Below the pieces are notes generated by a model. The model worked only from the letters and a program-made list of their open reading frames with translations. It did not search any database and was not told the DNA's origin. Source: Gemmatimonadales bacterium (GTDB lineage Bacteria > Gemmatimonadota > Gemmatimonadetes > Gemmatimonadales > GWC2-71-9). From it: a stretch of DNA of 48,501 nt. Shown here one piece after another: positions 17,604 through 26,377 of the stretch; the first letter of the stretch is position 1, and each line of letters starts with the position of its first letter. Location of the stretch: contig JBFJHJ010000025.1 in NCBI GenBank assembly GCA_041613315.1, positions 1-48,501 of the forward strand. Reading direction: 5' to 3'. The translations under genes and the position numbers were made by a program.

Positions 17604-18032
17604 ATGCGCATTGGCATCATCTTGCTCGCAACCATCCTCGTGGTGACGGGTCTCCGGTACGCCGACGCGCGGCGCCCCGACGGACTCGTCGCGGCCGACA
17701 CCGCGACCGTGATGGTGGACATCCGCTGCACGGGCGACCGCATCCGACAGTCCGTGACGCCGTGGGAGCTCGAAATCAACCAGGGCGACGCGGTCGAGTG
17801 GCGCCTGCACCCGAGCGCCCACTCCACGACCATCGAGATCACGCCGAAGCAGGAGGCCTGGCCGTTTCTCGACGGGACGCGGCACCGCGGCCGGGCCGAC
17901 GCGCCCGCGCGGGCGACGCGGATGCGGCCCAATCAACGCGGTCTGCGTTTTCAGTACGCGATCACCCTCGTATGCCCGCAGGGTGGCCAGCAAGACACCG
18001 TCGTCATCGATCCCGACATCGTGATTCGCTGA
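17604..18032 (+). CDS. Secreted beta-rich protein with C-terminal IDPDIVI ('DP') motif
   Basis: Signal peptide, GDAVEW, FQYAITL, terminal VIDPDIVIR, two Cys; resembles cupredoxin-like DP-EP/AidA-PixA small proteins. Confidence 0.7.
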   Translation: MRIGIILLATILVVTGLRYADARRPDGLVAADTATVMVDIRCTGDRIRQSVTPWELEINQGDAVEWRLHPSAHSTTIEITPKQEAWPFLDGTRHRGRADAPARATRMRPNQRGLRFQYAITLVCPQGGQQDTVVIDPDIVIR

Positions 18033-18078
18033 CCGGCCGACGCGAACGTCGCGAGCATCGGGCGGTCCGGAGCGAGCC

Positions 18079-20400
18079 ATGAGATCCGACGATCGCACCG
18101 CGCCGAACGATTCTGCCGCCGCCTCGGCGGCGGAGGCGGTGGAGCATCCCGACCGCATCGGGCCCTACCGCGTGCTCCGGGTGCTCGGCGAAGGCGGGAT
18201 GGGTGTCGTCTACGAGGCGGAGCAGACCGAGCCGGTCACGCGCCGGGTCGCGCTCAAGGTCCTCAAGTTGGGCATGGACACCAGGGAGATCGTCGCGCGG
18301 TTCGAGGCCGAACGGCAAGCCTTGGCGGTGATGGAGCACCCCAGCATCGCGAAGGTGCTGGATGCGGGCGCGTCGGAGACGGGGCGCCCGTACTTCGTAA
18401 TGGAGCACGTGCGCGGCGTGCCGTTCACAGAGTACTGCGACATGCACCGGCTCTCCACGCGGGATCGGCTGGAGCTCTTCCTTCCCGTCTGCCAGGCGAT
18501 CCAGCACGCCCATCAGAAAGGCGTGATCCACCGCGACCTCAAGCCCTCCAACGTGCTCGTGACGGAGCAGGGCGGAGACGCCGTGCCGAAGATCATCGAC
18601 TTCGGCATCGCCAAGGCCACGGGGCAGCGCCTCACGGACAAGACGCTCGTCACGGCGTACGGACAGGCGATGGGGACGCCGGCGTACATGAGCCCGGAGC
18701 AGGCGGAGATGTCCGGACTCGACGTGGACACTCGTACCGATATCTACTCGCTCGGCGTGATGCTGTACGAGCTGCTCGTCGGGCGCCTCCCCCTGGACCC
18801 CGGCGAGCTCGGCATGTCGGCGTTCATCGCGCGGCTGGTGATGCGTGAGACCGATCCGCCCACGCCGAGCGGCCGGCTCGCCGGGTTGCAGCGGGAACGG
18901 CAGATGCTCGCGCAGCTTCGTCACACCGATCCCGGCACGTTGACGCGAGAGCTCAAGGGCGACCTCGATTGGATCGTCATGAAGGCGATGGATCCCGACC
19001 GCACCCGCCGCTACGAGACGGCGAACGGGCTCGCGCTCGAGCTTCAGCGCTATCTCCACCACGAGCCGGTGCTCGCGCGGCCCCCGAGCGCGCGCTACCG
19101 CTTCGGGAAGTTCGTGCGGCGTCACCGGGCGGGCGTGACGGCGGCCGTCATCGTGGCGGCGGGACTGGTGGCCAGCACCGTGCTCGCGACACTCGGGATG
19201 GTTCGGGCGACCCGGGCGGAGCAGGCGACCGCGCGGGAGGCGGAGGCGTCGCGCCAGGTGTCGGAGTTCCTGGTCGGGCTGTTCCAGGTGTCCGATCCGG
19301 ACCAGGCACGGGGGAACACGATCACCGCGCGCGAGATCCTCGACCGCGGCGCCGCGGAGATCGCCGATGGCCTGGGGGACCAGCCGCTGGTGCGGGCGCG
19401 GCTCATGGCCACCATGGGAGACGTGTACCGCGCCCTCGGGTTGTACGATGAGGCCACGCCGCTGCTCACGCGCTCGCTGGCGATCCGCGAGGAGGCGTTG
19501 CCGGCCGACCATGTCGATCTGGCGGAGAGCCTCTACCGGCTGGCACTGCTGTACCGACAGCAGGGCAAGTTCGCCGACGCCGAGCCGCTCTACCGGCGCG
19601 CGTTGGCGATCCGGGAGCGCGCCTTCGGGCCGAGTCATGTCGAGGTCGCGCAAATCGTCGGAAGCCTCGGCGGGAGCTACCTCGAGCGAGGCCGTTACGC
19701 GCAAGCGGACACCCTGCTGCACCGCGCGCTCGCGATCCGGGAGCAGCACGTCGGCCCGAACGATCCTACGGTGGCGGTGAGTCTCGGCAACCTCGGCGCG
19801 CTCTACTGGTCCCAGGGGAAGCTCGCCGAGGCAGAGCCGTTCCTGCGCCGTTCGCTTGCCATCCGCGAGCGCACGCTGGGCGCGGACCATCCCGCTCTCG
19901 CCGAGGGGCTCAACAATCTCGGGGCGCTGTACTGGACGCTGGGCCAGTACGACCAGGCCGAGACGTTCTACGTCCGCGCCCGCGACATCTGGGAGCGCAC
20001 GCTTGGGCCGAACCACCGCAACACGGCCGCGGTGCTCAACAACCTGGGCGAGACCTACTGGGCGCAGAAGAAGTACGCCGAGGCCGAGCCGCTGTTTCGC
20101 CAGGCGCTTGCCGTCAAGGAAGCGCTGCTCGAGCCGAGTCACCCCAGTGTCGGCGTGACGCTGAACGGGCTCGCGAATCTGCTCCGCGACGTGGGCCGGT
20201 ATGCGGAGGCGGAGCGTCTCTACCGGCGCGCCCTGGCGATCCGGGAAGGCGCGCTCGGACCGACGAACCCCGCGGTCGCCGAGACGCTTCGCGACCTTGC
20301 CGAGCTGCTGCGGCGGACCGGGCGGCCGGCGCCGGCGGCCCAGTTCCAAGCCCGCGCCGATGCGATCACGCGAGGCGCGAGCGCCGATACGTCGCAGTAA
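18079..20400 (+). CDS. Hanks-type Ser/Thr kinase with one TM helix and about 8 42-aa TPR repeats
   Basis: LGEGGMGVVY, VALK, HRDLKPSN, DFG, GTPAYMSPEQ; TM AAVIVAAGLVASTVLATLG; repeats of the type ALAIRE...G..HP. Confidence 0.95.
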   Translation: MRSDDRTAPNDSAAASAAEAVEHPDRIGPYRVLRVLGEGGMGVVYEAEQTEPVTRRVALKVLKLGMDTREIVARFEAERQALAVMEHPSIAKVLDAGASETGRPYFVMEHVRGVPFTEYCDMHRLSTRDRLELFLPVCQAIQHAHQKGVIHRDLKPSNVLVTEQGGDAVPKIIDFGIAKATGQRLTDKTLVTAYGQAMGTPAYMSPEQAEMSGLDVDTRTDIYSLGVMLYELLVGRLPLDPGELGMSAFIARLVMRETDPPTPSGRLAGLQRERQMLAQLRHTDPGTLTRELKGDLDWIVMKAMDPDRTRRYETANGLALELQRYLHHEPVLARPPSARYRFGKFVRRHRAGVTAAVIVAAGLVASTVLATLGMVRATRAEQATAREAEASRQVSEFLVGLFQVSDPDQARGNTITAREILDRGAAEIADGLGDQPLVRARLMATMGDVYRALGLYDEATPLLTRSLAIREEALPADHVDLAESLYRLALLYRQQGKFADAEPLYRRALAIRERAFGPSHVEVAQIVGSLGGSYLERGRYAQADTLLHRALAIREQHVGPNDPTVAVSLGNLGALYWSQGKLAEAEPFLRRSLAIRERTLGADHPALAEGLNNLGALYWTLGQYDQAETFYVRARDIWERTLGPNHRNTAAVLNNLGETYWAQKKYAEAEPLFRQALAVKEALLEPSHPSVGVTLNGLANLLRDVGRYAEAERLYRRALAIREGALGPTNPAVAETLRDLAELLRRTGRPAPAAQFQARADAITRGASADTSQ

Positions 20401-20506
20401 CCCCCGACCGAGAACGCCGGCGCGCCCGCGCCCGCCCCCGGGCGGGCGGCGGCCGAGTGCGGCCACGTCTCGAATTCTCCACGCCCCTGGTTATACTCCC
20501 GTACCC

Positions 20507-22726
20507 ATGCCTGCGAGCGTCTTCCACGTCGGGCGACACGCCCTCGTGCCCGCGATCCTCGCCCTCACCGCTGAAGTGGCGGCGGCGCAGGAGCCGATGC
20601 CGCTTCCCCGGCTCACGGGACCGATCGTGCTCGACGGTCGGCCCGACGAGCCGGCCTGGAGCGCGGTCCCGCCGCTCCCCATGACGATGTACGCTCCCCA
20701 CTTCGGGGAGGCGCTCACCGAGCGGACGGAGATCCGCGTCGCGTACGACGATGCGTCCCTCTACGTAGGGGCGCGCCTCTTCGATTCGGATCCGCGCGGC
20801 GTGCGCACCAACACGCTGTACCGCGACCAGTATAGCGGCGACGACGTGCTCGCGATCATCCTCGATACCTACGACGACTACGAGACCGGCGCGTGGTTCG
20901 CGATCAACCCGTCGGGCGCCCGCACGGACCGCGCGCTGTCGAACGACGCGGAATTCTCGAGCGGGATGCCGATGAACACCGACTGGAACACGTTCTGGGA
21001 CGCGGCCACCACGCACACCGCGGAGGGATGGTTCGCCGAGATGCGGATTCCGTTCTCGAGCCTCGGGTTCCGTGACGTCGGCGGGTCCGTCGTGATGGGG
21101 ATGATTGCCTACCGCTTCATCGCGCGGAAGAACGAGCGACACATCTTCCCGGCGATCCCGCCCAACTGGGACATGGGATTCGCCAAGGTCTCGCAGGCCC
21201 AACGCATCATGCTCGAGAACGTCTTCGGCCGCCGGCCGGTATATGTCGCTCCCTATGGGCTGGGCGGCGTCACCCGCGTGGCCGAGCTGAACGGCGTCGG
21301 CACCGCCTACGAGTTCGACGACGCGCTCACCCGCGAGGTCGGCCTCGACCTGCGTTATAGCCCGACCAGCAACCTCTCGGTCGATCTCACGGCGAACACG
21401 GACTTCGCCCAGGTCGAAGTGGACGACCAGCAGGTGAACCTGACGCGCTTCTCGCTGTTCTTCCCGGAGAAGCGGCAGTTCTTCCAGGAGCGCTCCGCGA
21501 TCTTCGAGTTCAACACCGGTGGGCTGAGCCGGCTGTTCCACAGCCGCCGGATCGGCCTGATCGAGGACGAGCCGGTCCGCCTCCTGGGCGGCGCCCGCTT
21601 CGTCGGACGGGTGGGGAAGACCGATCTCGGGTTCTTGGCCATGCAGACCGCCCGCGCCGACACGCTCGCGGCCGAGAACTTCGGCGTCCTCCGGCTCAAG
21701 CGACAGGTGCTCAACCCGTACTCGACGATCGGCACCATGGTGACGACGCGCGTGGCGACCGACGGGGCATACAATGTCGCGACGGGCGTGGACGCGGTGC
21801 TGCGCCTCTTGGGTGACGAATACGTCACCGCCAAGTGGGTGCAGACCTTCGAGAACGGTGGGGGCGGCCTCGACCTCGACGCGATGCACGTGCTGGCGCG
21901 CTGGGAGCGTCGCACCCGGTTGGGCTTCGCGTACGCCGTCGATTTCGGGCGCTCCGGCGCCGCCTACAATCCGGGGGTCGGTTTTCAGCTCCGCAGCGAC
22001 TTCACGTCCGTTGCCAACGAGCTGCGGTACCAGTGGTTTCCCAAGCCCGGATCGCCCGCACGGACCGTGGCGGTGCGCAACAGCGCCGAGCTGTTTCTCC
22101 GGAACGCCGACGGCACCGTCGAATCGGCCCGCATCGACCCCCGCGTGGAAGTGGAGCTCACGGGCGGCGCCGAGTTGGGACTCGCTCTGGAGAACAGCTA
22201 CGAGAGCGTGCGGGACAGCTTTGAACTGTCGGGTGGCACGCCGGTGCCGCCGGGCGACTACACCTTCCGGCAGGTGACGCTGCGGTACATGGCGTCGCGC
22301 TCGGCGAAGATTCGGCCGAGCGTCGAGGCGGCGGTTGGCGGGTTCTATGACGGCCGCCGGGTGGCGGTCGCGGTCGCGCCGGTCTGGAATCCGTCACGAC
22401 ACCTCGAGTTGGGCGCCGACTACCGCTTCAACGCCATCCGCTTTCCGGACCGTGACGAGTCCCTCGACGTCCATCTCGCCCGCCTGAGGGTCCAACTCTC
22501 GCTCGACGTCCACCTCTCCCTCGCCACGTTCGTGCAGTACAACTCGGCCGCCGACGAAGCCAGCGTGAACGCCCGCTTGCGCTACAACATCCGCGAAGGC
22601 CGCGATCTCTGGATCGTGTACACCGAGGCGATGAACACCGACCGGCCCGATGTGGCGGGGCCGGACTTGCCATTCACGCAAAGCCGTGCGCTGATGGTCA
22701 AGTACACCCACACGCTCGTATGGTAG
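20507..22726 (+). CDS. CBM9-like/DUF5916 exported protein (probable outer-membrane barrel)
   Basis: IVLDGRPDEPAW, AYDDASLYV, EMRIPFSSL, NTDFAQVEVD...NLTRFSLFFPEKRQFF, LFHSRRIG. Confidence 0.88.
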   Translation: MPASVFHVGRHALVPAILALTAEVAAAQEPMPLPRLTGPIVLDGRPDEPAWSAVPPLPMTMYAPHFGEALTERTEIRVAYDDASLYVGARLFDSDPRGVRTNTLYRDQYSGDDVLAIILDTYDDYETGAWFAINPSGARTDRALSNDAEFSSGMPMNTDWNTFWDAATTHTAEGWFAEMRIPFSSLGFRDVGGSVVMGMIAYRFIARKNERHIFPAIPPNWDMGFAKVSQAQRIMLENVFGRRPVYVAPYGLGGVTRVAELNGVGTAYEFDDALTREVGLDLRYSPTSNLSVDLTANTDFAQVEVDDQQVNLTRFSLFFPEKRQFFQERSAIFEFNTGGLSRLFHSRRIGLIEDEPVRLLGGARFVGRVGKTDLGFLAMQTARADTLAAENFGVLRLKRQVLNPYSTIGTMVTTRVATDGAYNVATGVDAVLRLLGDEYVTAKWVQTFENGGGGLDLDAMHVLARWERRTRLGFAYAVDFGRSGAAYNPGVGFQLRSDFTSVANELRYQWFPKPGSPARTVAVRNSAELFLRNADGTVESARIDPRVEVELTGGAELGLALENSYESVRDSFELSGGTPVPPGDYTFRQVTLRYMASRSAKIRPSVEAAVGGFYDGRRVAVAVAPVWNPSRHLELGADYRFNAIRFPDRDESLDVHLARLRVQLSLDVHLSLATFVQYNSAADEASVNARLRYNIREGRDLWIVYTEAMNTDRPDVAGPDLPFTQSRALMVKYTHTLVW

Positions 22727-22986
22727 GACGGAGCGGGGCGGCGCTTTTCCGGGTGAATCTGTCCCATTTGCCGCGGGCGGATGTCCCACCAACGTAGGTC
22801 GATGCCCCACGGGAAGGGTGGCGCGACGGGTCGCGGCGCTGCATCGTAAGGCGACGCCGACTAATGCCCAAGGGGCGTGTCCTCCTCACGCGCCATACAT
22901 CGGCCGCTGCGTCACCCGCCGATACAGCGAGCCGACGGCGGGGGCTGCCTCGACACTCGCACGACACCATCACCGGAGGGAGTGCT

Positions 22987-24543
22987 ATGAACCGCAAGGC
23001 GCTTCTCGGTCTCTTCGTCGGTACGCTCGGCTTCCTCGTCGCCTGCGGCGACCAACCGACCGCACCACCGGAGGAAGGGTCGGCCCGACTCGCCCCGCTG
23101 TTCTCGCCGGCCGCGAGCGGGCGGACGATCGCCGACCGCTACGTCGTGGTGTTCGAGCGCGGTACCCTCGACCCCGCCGGCCGAGCCGGGGCGTTCATCC
23201 GCACCCATGGCGGCACGCTCCATTACACCTACGAGGCGGCACTGCAGGGGTTCGCGGCAACGCTTCCTGCGGGCGCGGTGGAGGCGATTCGGCGCCTGCC
23301 GATGGTCTCGTACATCGAGACCGATCAGGAGGTGTCCCTGGTCGAGACCCAACCGAACGCCACCTGGGGCCTCGATCGGATCGATCAGCTCGACCTCCCG
23401 CTGAGCACGACGTACACCTACACGGCAGACGGGAGCGGGGTGCGCGTGTACGTCCTCGATACGGGGATCCGCATCTCACACGATGAGTTCGGCGGTCGGG
23501 CCGGCGTGGCGTACGACGCGTTGGGCGGGAACGGCCTGGACTGCCATGGGCACGGCACGCACGTGTCCGGCACCGTCGGCGGCGCCACCTACGGCGTGGC
23601 GAAGAACGTCACGCTCCTCTCCGTCCGGGTCCTCAACTGCAACGGTTCGGCGCCCCTCTCCACCGTGATTGCCGGCGTGGATTGGGTGACCGCGAACCAC
23701 GTGAAGCCGGCCGCGGCCAACATGAGCCTGGGCGGCAGCGCCTCGCAGGCGCTGGACGATGCGGTCAACAACTCCATCGCCGCGGGCGTCACGTACGCCA
23801 TCGCCGCCGGGAACGACAACGCCAACGCGTGCAACTTCTCGCCGGCTCGCGTTGCCGCGGCGCTGACTGTCGGCGCCTCCACCTCGTCCGACGCCCGGGC
23901 GTCGTTCTCCAACTGGGGGACCTGCCTGGACCTGTTCGCGCCCGGGCAGAGTATCACCTCGGCCTGGTACACGAGCAATGCCGCCACCAACACGATCAGC
24001 GGGACCTCGATGGCCGCCCCCCATGTGGCGGGGGTCTCGGCGCTGTACCTCCAGGGGGACCCCACCGCCGCGCCGGCGACGGTGGCCGACAAGATCACTT
24101 GCACCGCCACGAGCGGCAGGCTGAGCGGCGTGGGCAGTGGCTCACCCAACCTGTTGCTGTATTCGCTGCTGGGCGATTGCCAGGCGCCCCCGCCTCCACC
24201 GCCACCACCGCCGCCCCCTGACCCCGGGCAGCCGCCGTGCACGAACTGCGAGCACTACACCGGCTCGCTCAGCGGGACCGGCGACGTCGACTGGCAGCCA
24301 AACGGCAGCTACTACTACTCCAAGGCGGGGACGCACCGCGGTTGGCTGCGGGGTCCGACGACCGCGGACTTCGATCTCTATCTCTACAAGTGGATCTGGT
24401 TCGGCTGGTTCCCGGTCGCCGCGTCGTATAGCCCGACGTCGGTGGAGGAGATCGTGTACCAGGGGACGGCCGGATACTACCGGTGGCGGATCGATTCCTA
24501 CAGCGGCAGCGGGCCGTACGACTTCTGGTTGAAGCGACCGTAG
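22987..24543 (+). CDS. S8 subtilase (aqualysin/proteinase K-like) lipoprotein with I9 propeptide, poly-Pro linker and C-terminal PPC-like domain
   Basis: LVAC lipobox; WGLDRIDQ; catalytic VLDTG, HGTHV, GTSMAAPHVAG; 11 Pro at 24187-24219; DFDLYL in the C-terminal domain. Confidence 0.95.
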   Translation: MNRKALLGLFVGTLGFLVACGDQPTAPPEEGSARLAPLFSPAASGRTIADRYVVVFERGTLDPAGRAGAFIRTHGGTLHYTYEAALQGFAATLPAGAVEAIRRLPMVSYIETDQEVSLVETQPNATWGLDRIDQLDLPLSTTYTYTADGSGVRVYVLDTGIRISHDEFGGRAGVAYDALGGNGLDCHGHGTHVSGTVGGATYGVAKNVTLLSVRVLNCNGSAPLSTVIAGVDWVTANHVKPAAANMSLGGSASQALDDAVNNSIAAGVTYAIAAGNDNANACNFSPARVAAALTVGASTSSDARASFSNWGTCLDLFAPGQSITSAWYTSNAATNTISGTSMAAPHVAGVSALYLQGDPTAAPATVADKITCTATSGRLSGVGSGSPNLLLYSLLGDCQAPPPPPPPPPPPDPGQPPCTNCEHYTGSLSGTGDVDWQPNGSYYYSKAGTHRGWLRGPTTADFDLYLYKWIWFGWFPVAASYSPTSVEEIVYQGTAGYYRWRIDSYSGSGPYDFWLKRP

Positions 24544-24571
24544 CCGCTGGCCGCCTGTGGATGGGTGATGC

Positions 24572-24607
24572 ACGACGCCCGCCGCCTCACAGCGCGGCGG
24601 GCGTCGT
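24572..24607 (+). terminator. GC-rich stem-loop after the subtilase, between convergent genes
   Basis: ACGACGCCCGCCGC / GCGGCGGGCGTCGT perfect 14-bp stem, 8-nt loop, weak U tail. Confidence 0.6.
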
Positions 24608-24744
24608 TGTCGTCAGCCCCGGGGGCCCGGGTTCTGCCCTGGGGGAACTCGTGTGCCGCCGGTCCGGTTCGCACGCCGCCGGCGGGTGAGGACCCGGGCG
24701 CCCGCCATCAGAGAGGGTGGGATCGTCTCGATGGCGAGCCGGCC

Positions 24745-25065
24745 TCATCGTGCGACATCGGTCGCCTCCAGCACCTGCACGTAGTGCCGCACACCGGGTT
24801 CGAGCTCGAGGAGAAACACCGCATCCTCGGGGTAGTAGCGCGCGCGCTCGACGTCGGGGCCGGCGAACGCGGCGATGGCCTGCGACGACTCCCACCAGGA
24901 GCAGAGCATGAACTCGGCCTCATCGCCCGCCAGCCGCCGGAAGATGCGGACGCCCCGGTTGCCGGGCGTCGCCCGCAAGTCCCGGACGCCCGTCGCCTCC
25001 AGATAGGCGAGATACCGCTCGGCGTCGGCGGCTCGGGTGCGGCCGCGCCACACGCGGACGATCAT
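24745..25065 (-). CDS. Antibiotic biosynthesis monooxygenase-like (dimeric alpha-beta barrel) protein
   Basis: MIVRVWRG...PGNRG...SWWES..AIAAFAG.D.ERARYYPED; AAGGAGG RBS. Confidence 0.85.
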   Translation of the reverse strand: MIVRVWRGRTRAADAERYLAYLEATGVRDLRATPGNRGVRIFRRLAGDEAEFMLCSWWESSQAIAAFAGPDVERARYYPEDAVFLLELEPGVRHYVQVLEATDVAR

Positions 25066-25171
25066 CGGACCCTCCTTGGGATCGGGGTGGACGGCGGCTC
25101 GCGCCACCCGGATCACGGGAGGGCCACGCCGCCACTCGTCCTCCAATGGGCGCGGTGCGCCGCCGACTGAA

Positions 25172-25221
25172 GCCGGATGATAATTCATGATGACAGTCAT
25201 CCAAGTGGGGTATCATCCGGC
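25172..25221. promoter_or_regulatory. Nested inverted repeats, putative operator
   Basis: GCCGGATGATA (25172-25182) / TATCATCCGGC (25211-25221) enclosing GATGAC-A-GTCATC (25189-25201), upstream of the ABM gene. Confidence 0.5.
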
Positions 25222-25330
25222 GGACGCCCCGGCCGCGTTGCCTCAGGTCCGGGAAGTCCAGCACATGGCGGGCGAAGACTACTTCCTGATCAAGGTGCGG
25301 GTCCGCGACCCTGAAGCCCCCGGCCGCTGA
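25187..25330 (+). pseudogene. Fragment of an Lrp/AsnC ligand-binding domain
   Basis: Hand translation ...AALPQVREVQHMAGEDYFLIKVRVRDPEAPGR*, matching the Lrp/AsnC pattern PEVxExHxxxGxxDYLLKVxxxD; no HTH, premature stop. Confidence 0.7.
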
Positions 25331-25509
25331 GTCCGGACGCTTCGGGCGGTGGTCCCGACGGCGTGGTACGACTTCTCATGACCTCCTCACAGTCTCTTCA
25401 CCCCCAGGCGCCGCACCATGGTACCAGGGGAAAGCGATCGGGAGCCCGTAGCGGACGAATCGCGCACGGCTCCGACGCGCTTGGTCGCGCGTCCCGGAAA
25501 GGAGGACGC

Positions 25510-26097
25510 ATGTGGACGCGATGGATGGGCACTTTGCTGGCCGCGGGGACGTGGGCCGGTTTGGCCGCCCTCCCCGGCCACCTTGCCGCGCAGCGCACGG
25601 CCGAGGGTCACGCGGCGATCGGCACGCTCAAATCGGTTGACGCTCGTCGCGGCACGCTCACCGTCATCGCCATCGGGCAGGGGGAACGGGTCTTTCGGCT
25701 CACCCCGATGACGGCGGTGCACGGCCTCGGAGCCCACGCGGAGACCGACGCGCTCACGGGACGTGAGGGTGCCAGCCTATGGGTGCACTATGTCGGCGAG
25801 GAGGAGGCGCCGCTGGCGCGCGCGGTGCAGTACATCGGCTGGGCCGGGGTCAAGGCGGCGGATGGGCTACTCGTACGGGTTTTGACGCGCCAGCGCGAGC
25901 TCGTGATCGAGCGGCCGTGGGGGGTGGAGGAAGCCTACGTCGTGAGCGAGCGCGCACCGATCGACCTGGCGGCCGGGCTCGTGAGCCTCGACGTCCTGGG
26001 CGGCCAAAGGGGTCTGCTGCTCACGGTCTACTACACGATGCTCGGTCCGGTGAAGGTCGTGTGGCTCGTCACGCGGGGTCCGCCGGCCGTGTCGTAG
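25510..26097 (+). CDS. Secreted hypothetical protein with two OB-fold-like repeats
   Basis: Signal peptide (LAA-Q); two similar halves (GTLKSVD...TLTV...VHY and GLLVRV...ELVI...VYY); AAGGAGG RBS. Confidence 0.65.
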   Translation: MWTRWMGTLLAAGTWAGLAALPGHLAAQRTAEGHAAIGTLKSVDARRGTLTVIAIGQGERVFRLTPMTAVHGLGAHAETDALTGREGASLWVHYVGEEEAPLARAVQYIGWAGVKAADGLLVRVLTRQRELVIERPWGVEEAYVVSERAPIDLAAGLVSLDVLGGQRGLLLTVYYTMLGPVKVVWLVTRGPPAVS

Positions 26098-26377
26098 GCA
26101 TAGCCGCAACGGCGGCTGCCGACGCAACCGTTCGGCGCCCGGCGGGGACCGGGATTGGCGCCCCGGAACCCGAGGCGGGGGTGGGGCACGTCTCCGAGAT
26201 CGCGGACGCGGAACCGCCGCGCGTGCCTCGCGGGTGCCCGTTCCAAGCGTGGTCGGTGGGTGAGGTGCTGCGGCTGGAGGTGGACGTGTTGGGCGCCGGG
26301 CACCCGGAAGCGGACGCCACCCCACAGACCGGCCCGCGTCACCAACGCAGCCGCGGGGTCGCCCGCGCGTCGCGCTC

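Noticed and set aside
19390..20370. About 126-bp periodic DNA repeats as a possible CRISPR or satellite
   Set aside because: Degenerate coding repeats of 42-aa TPR units; no identical repeat-spacer structure and no cas genes.
18004..20466. 820-aa repetitive ORF antisense to the kinase
   Set aside because: Its periodicity only mirrors the TPR repeats.
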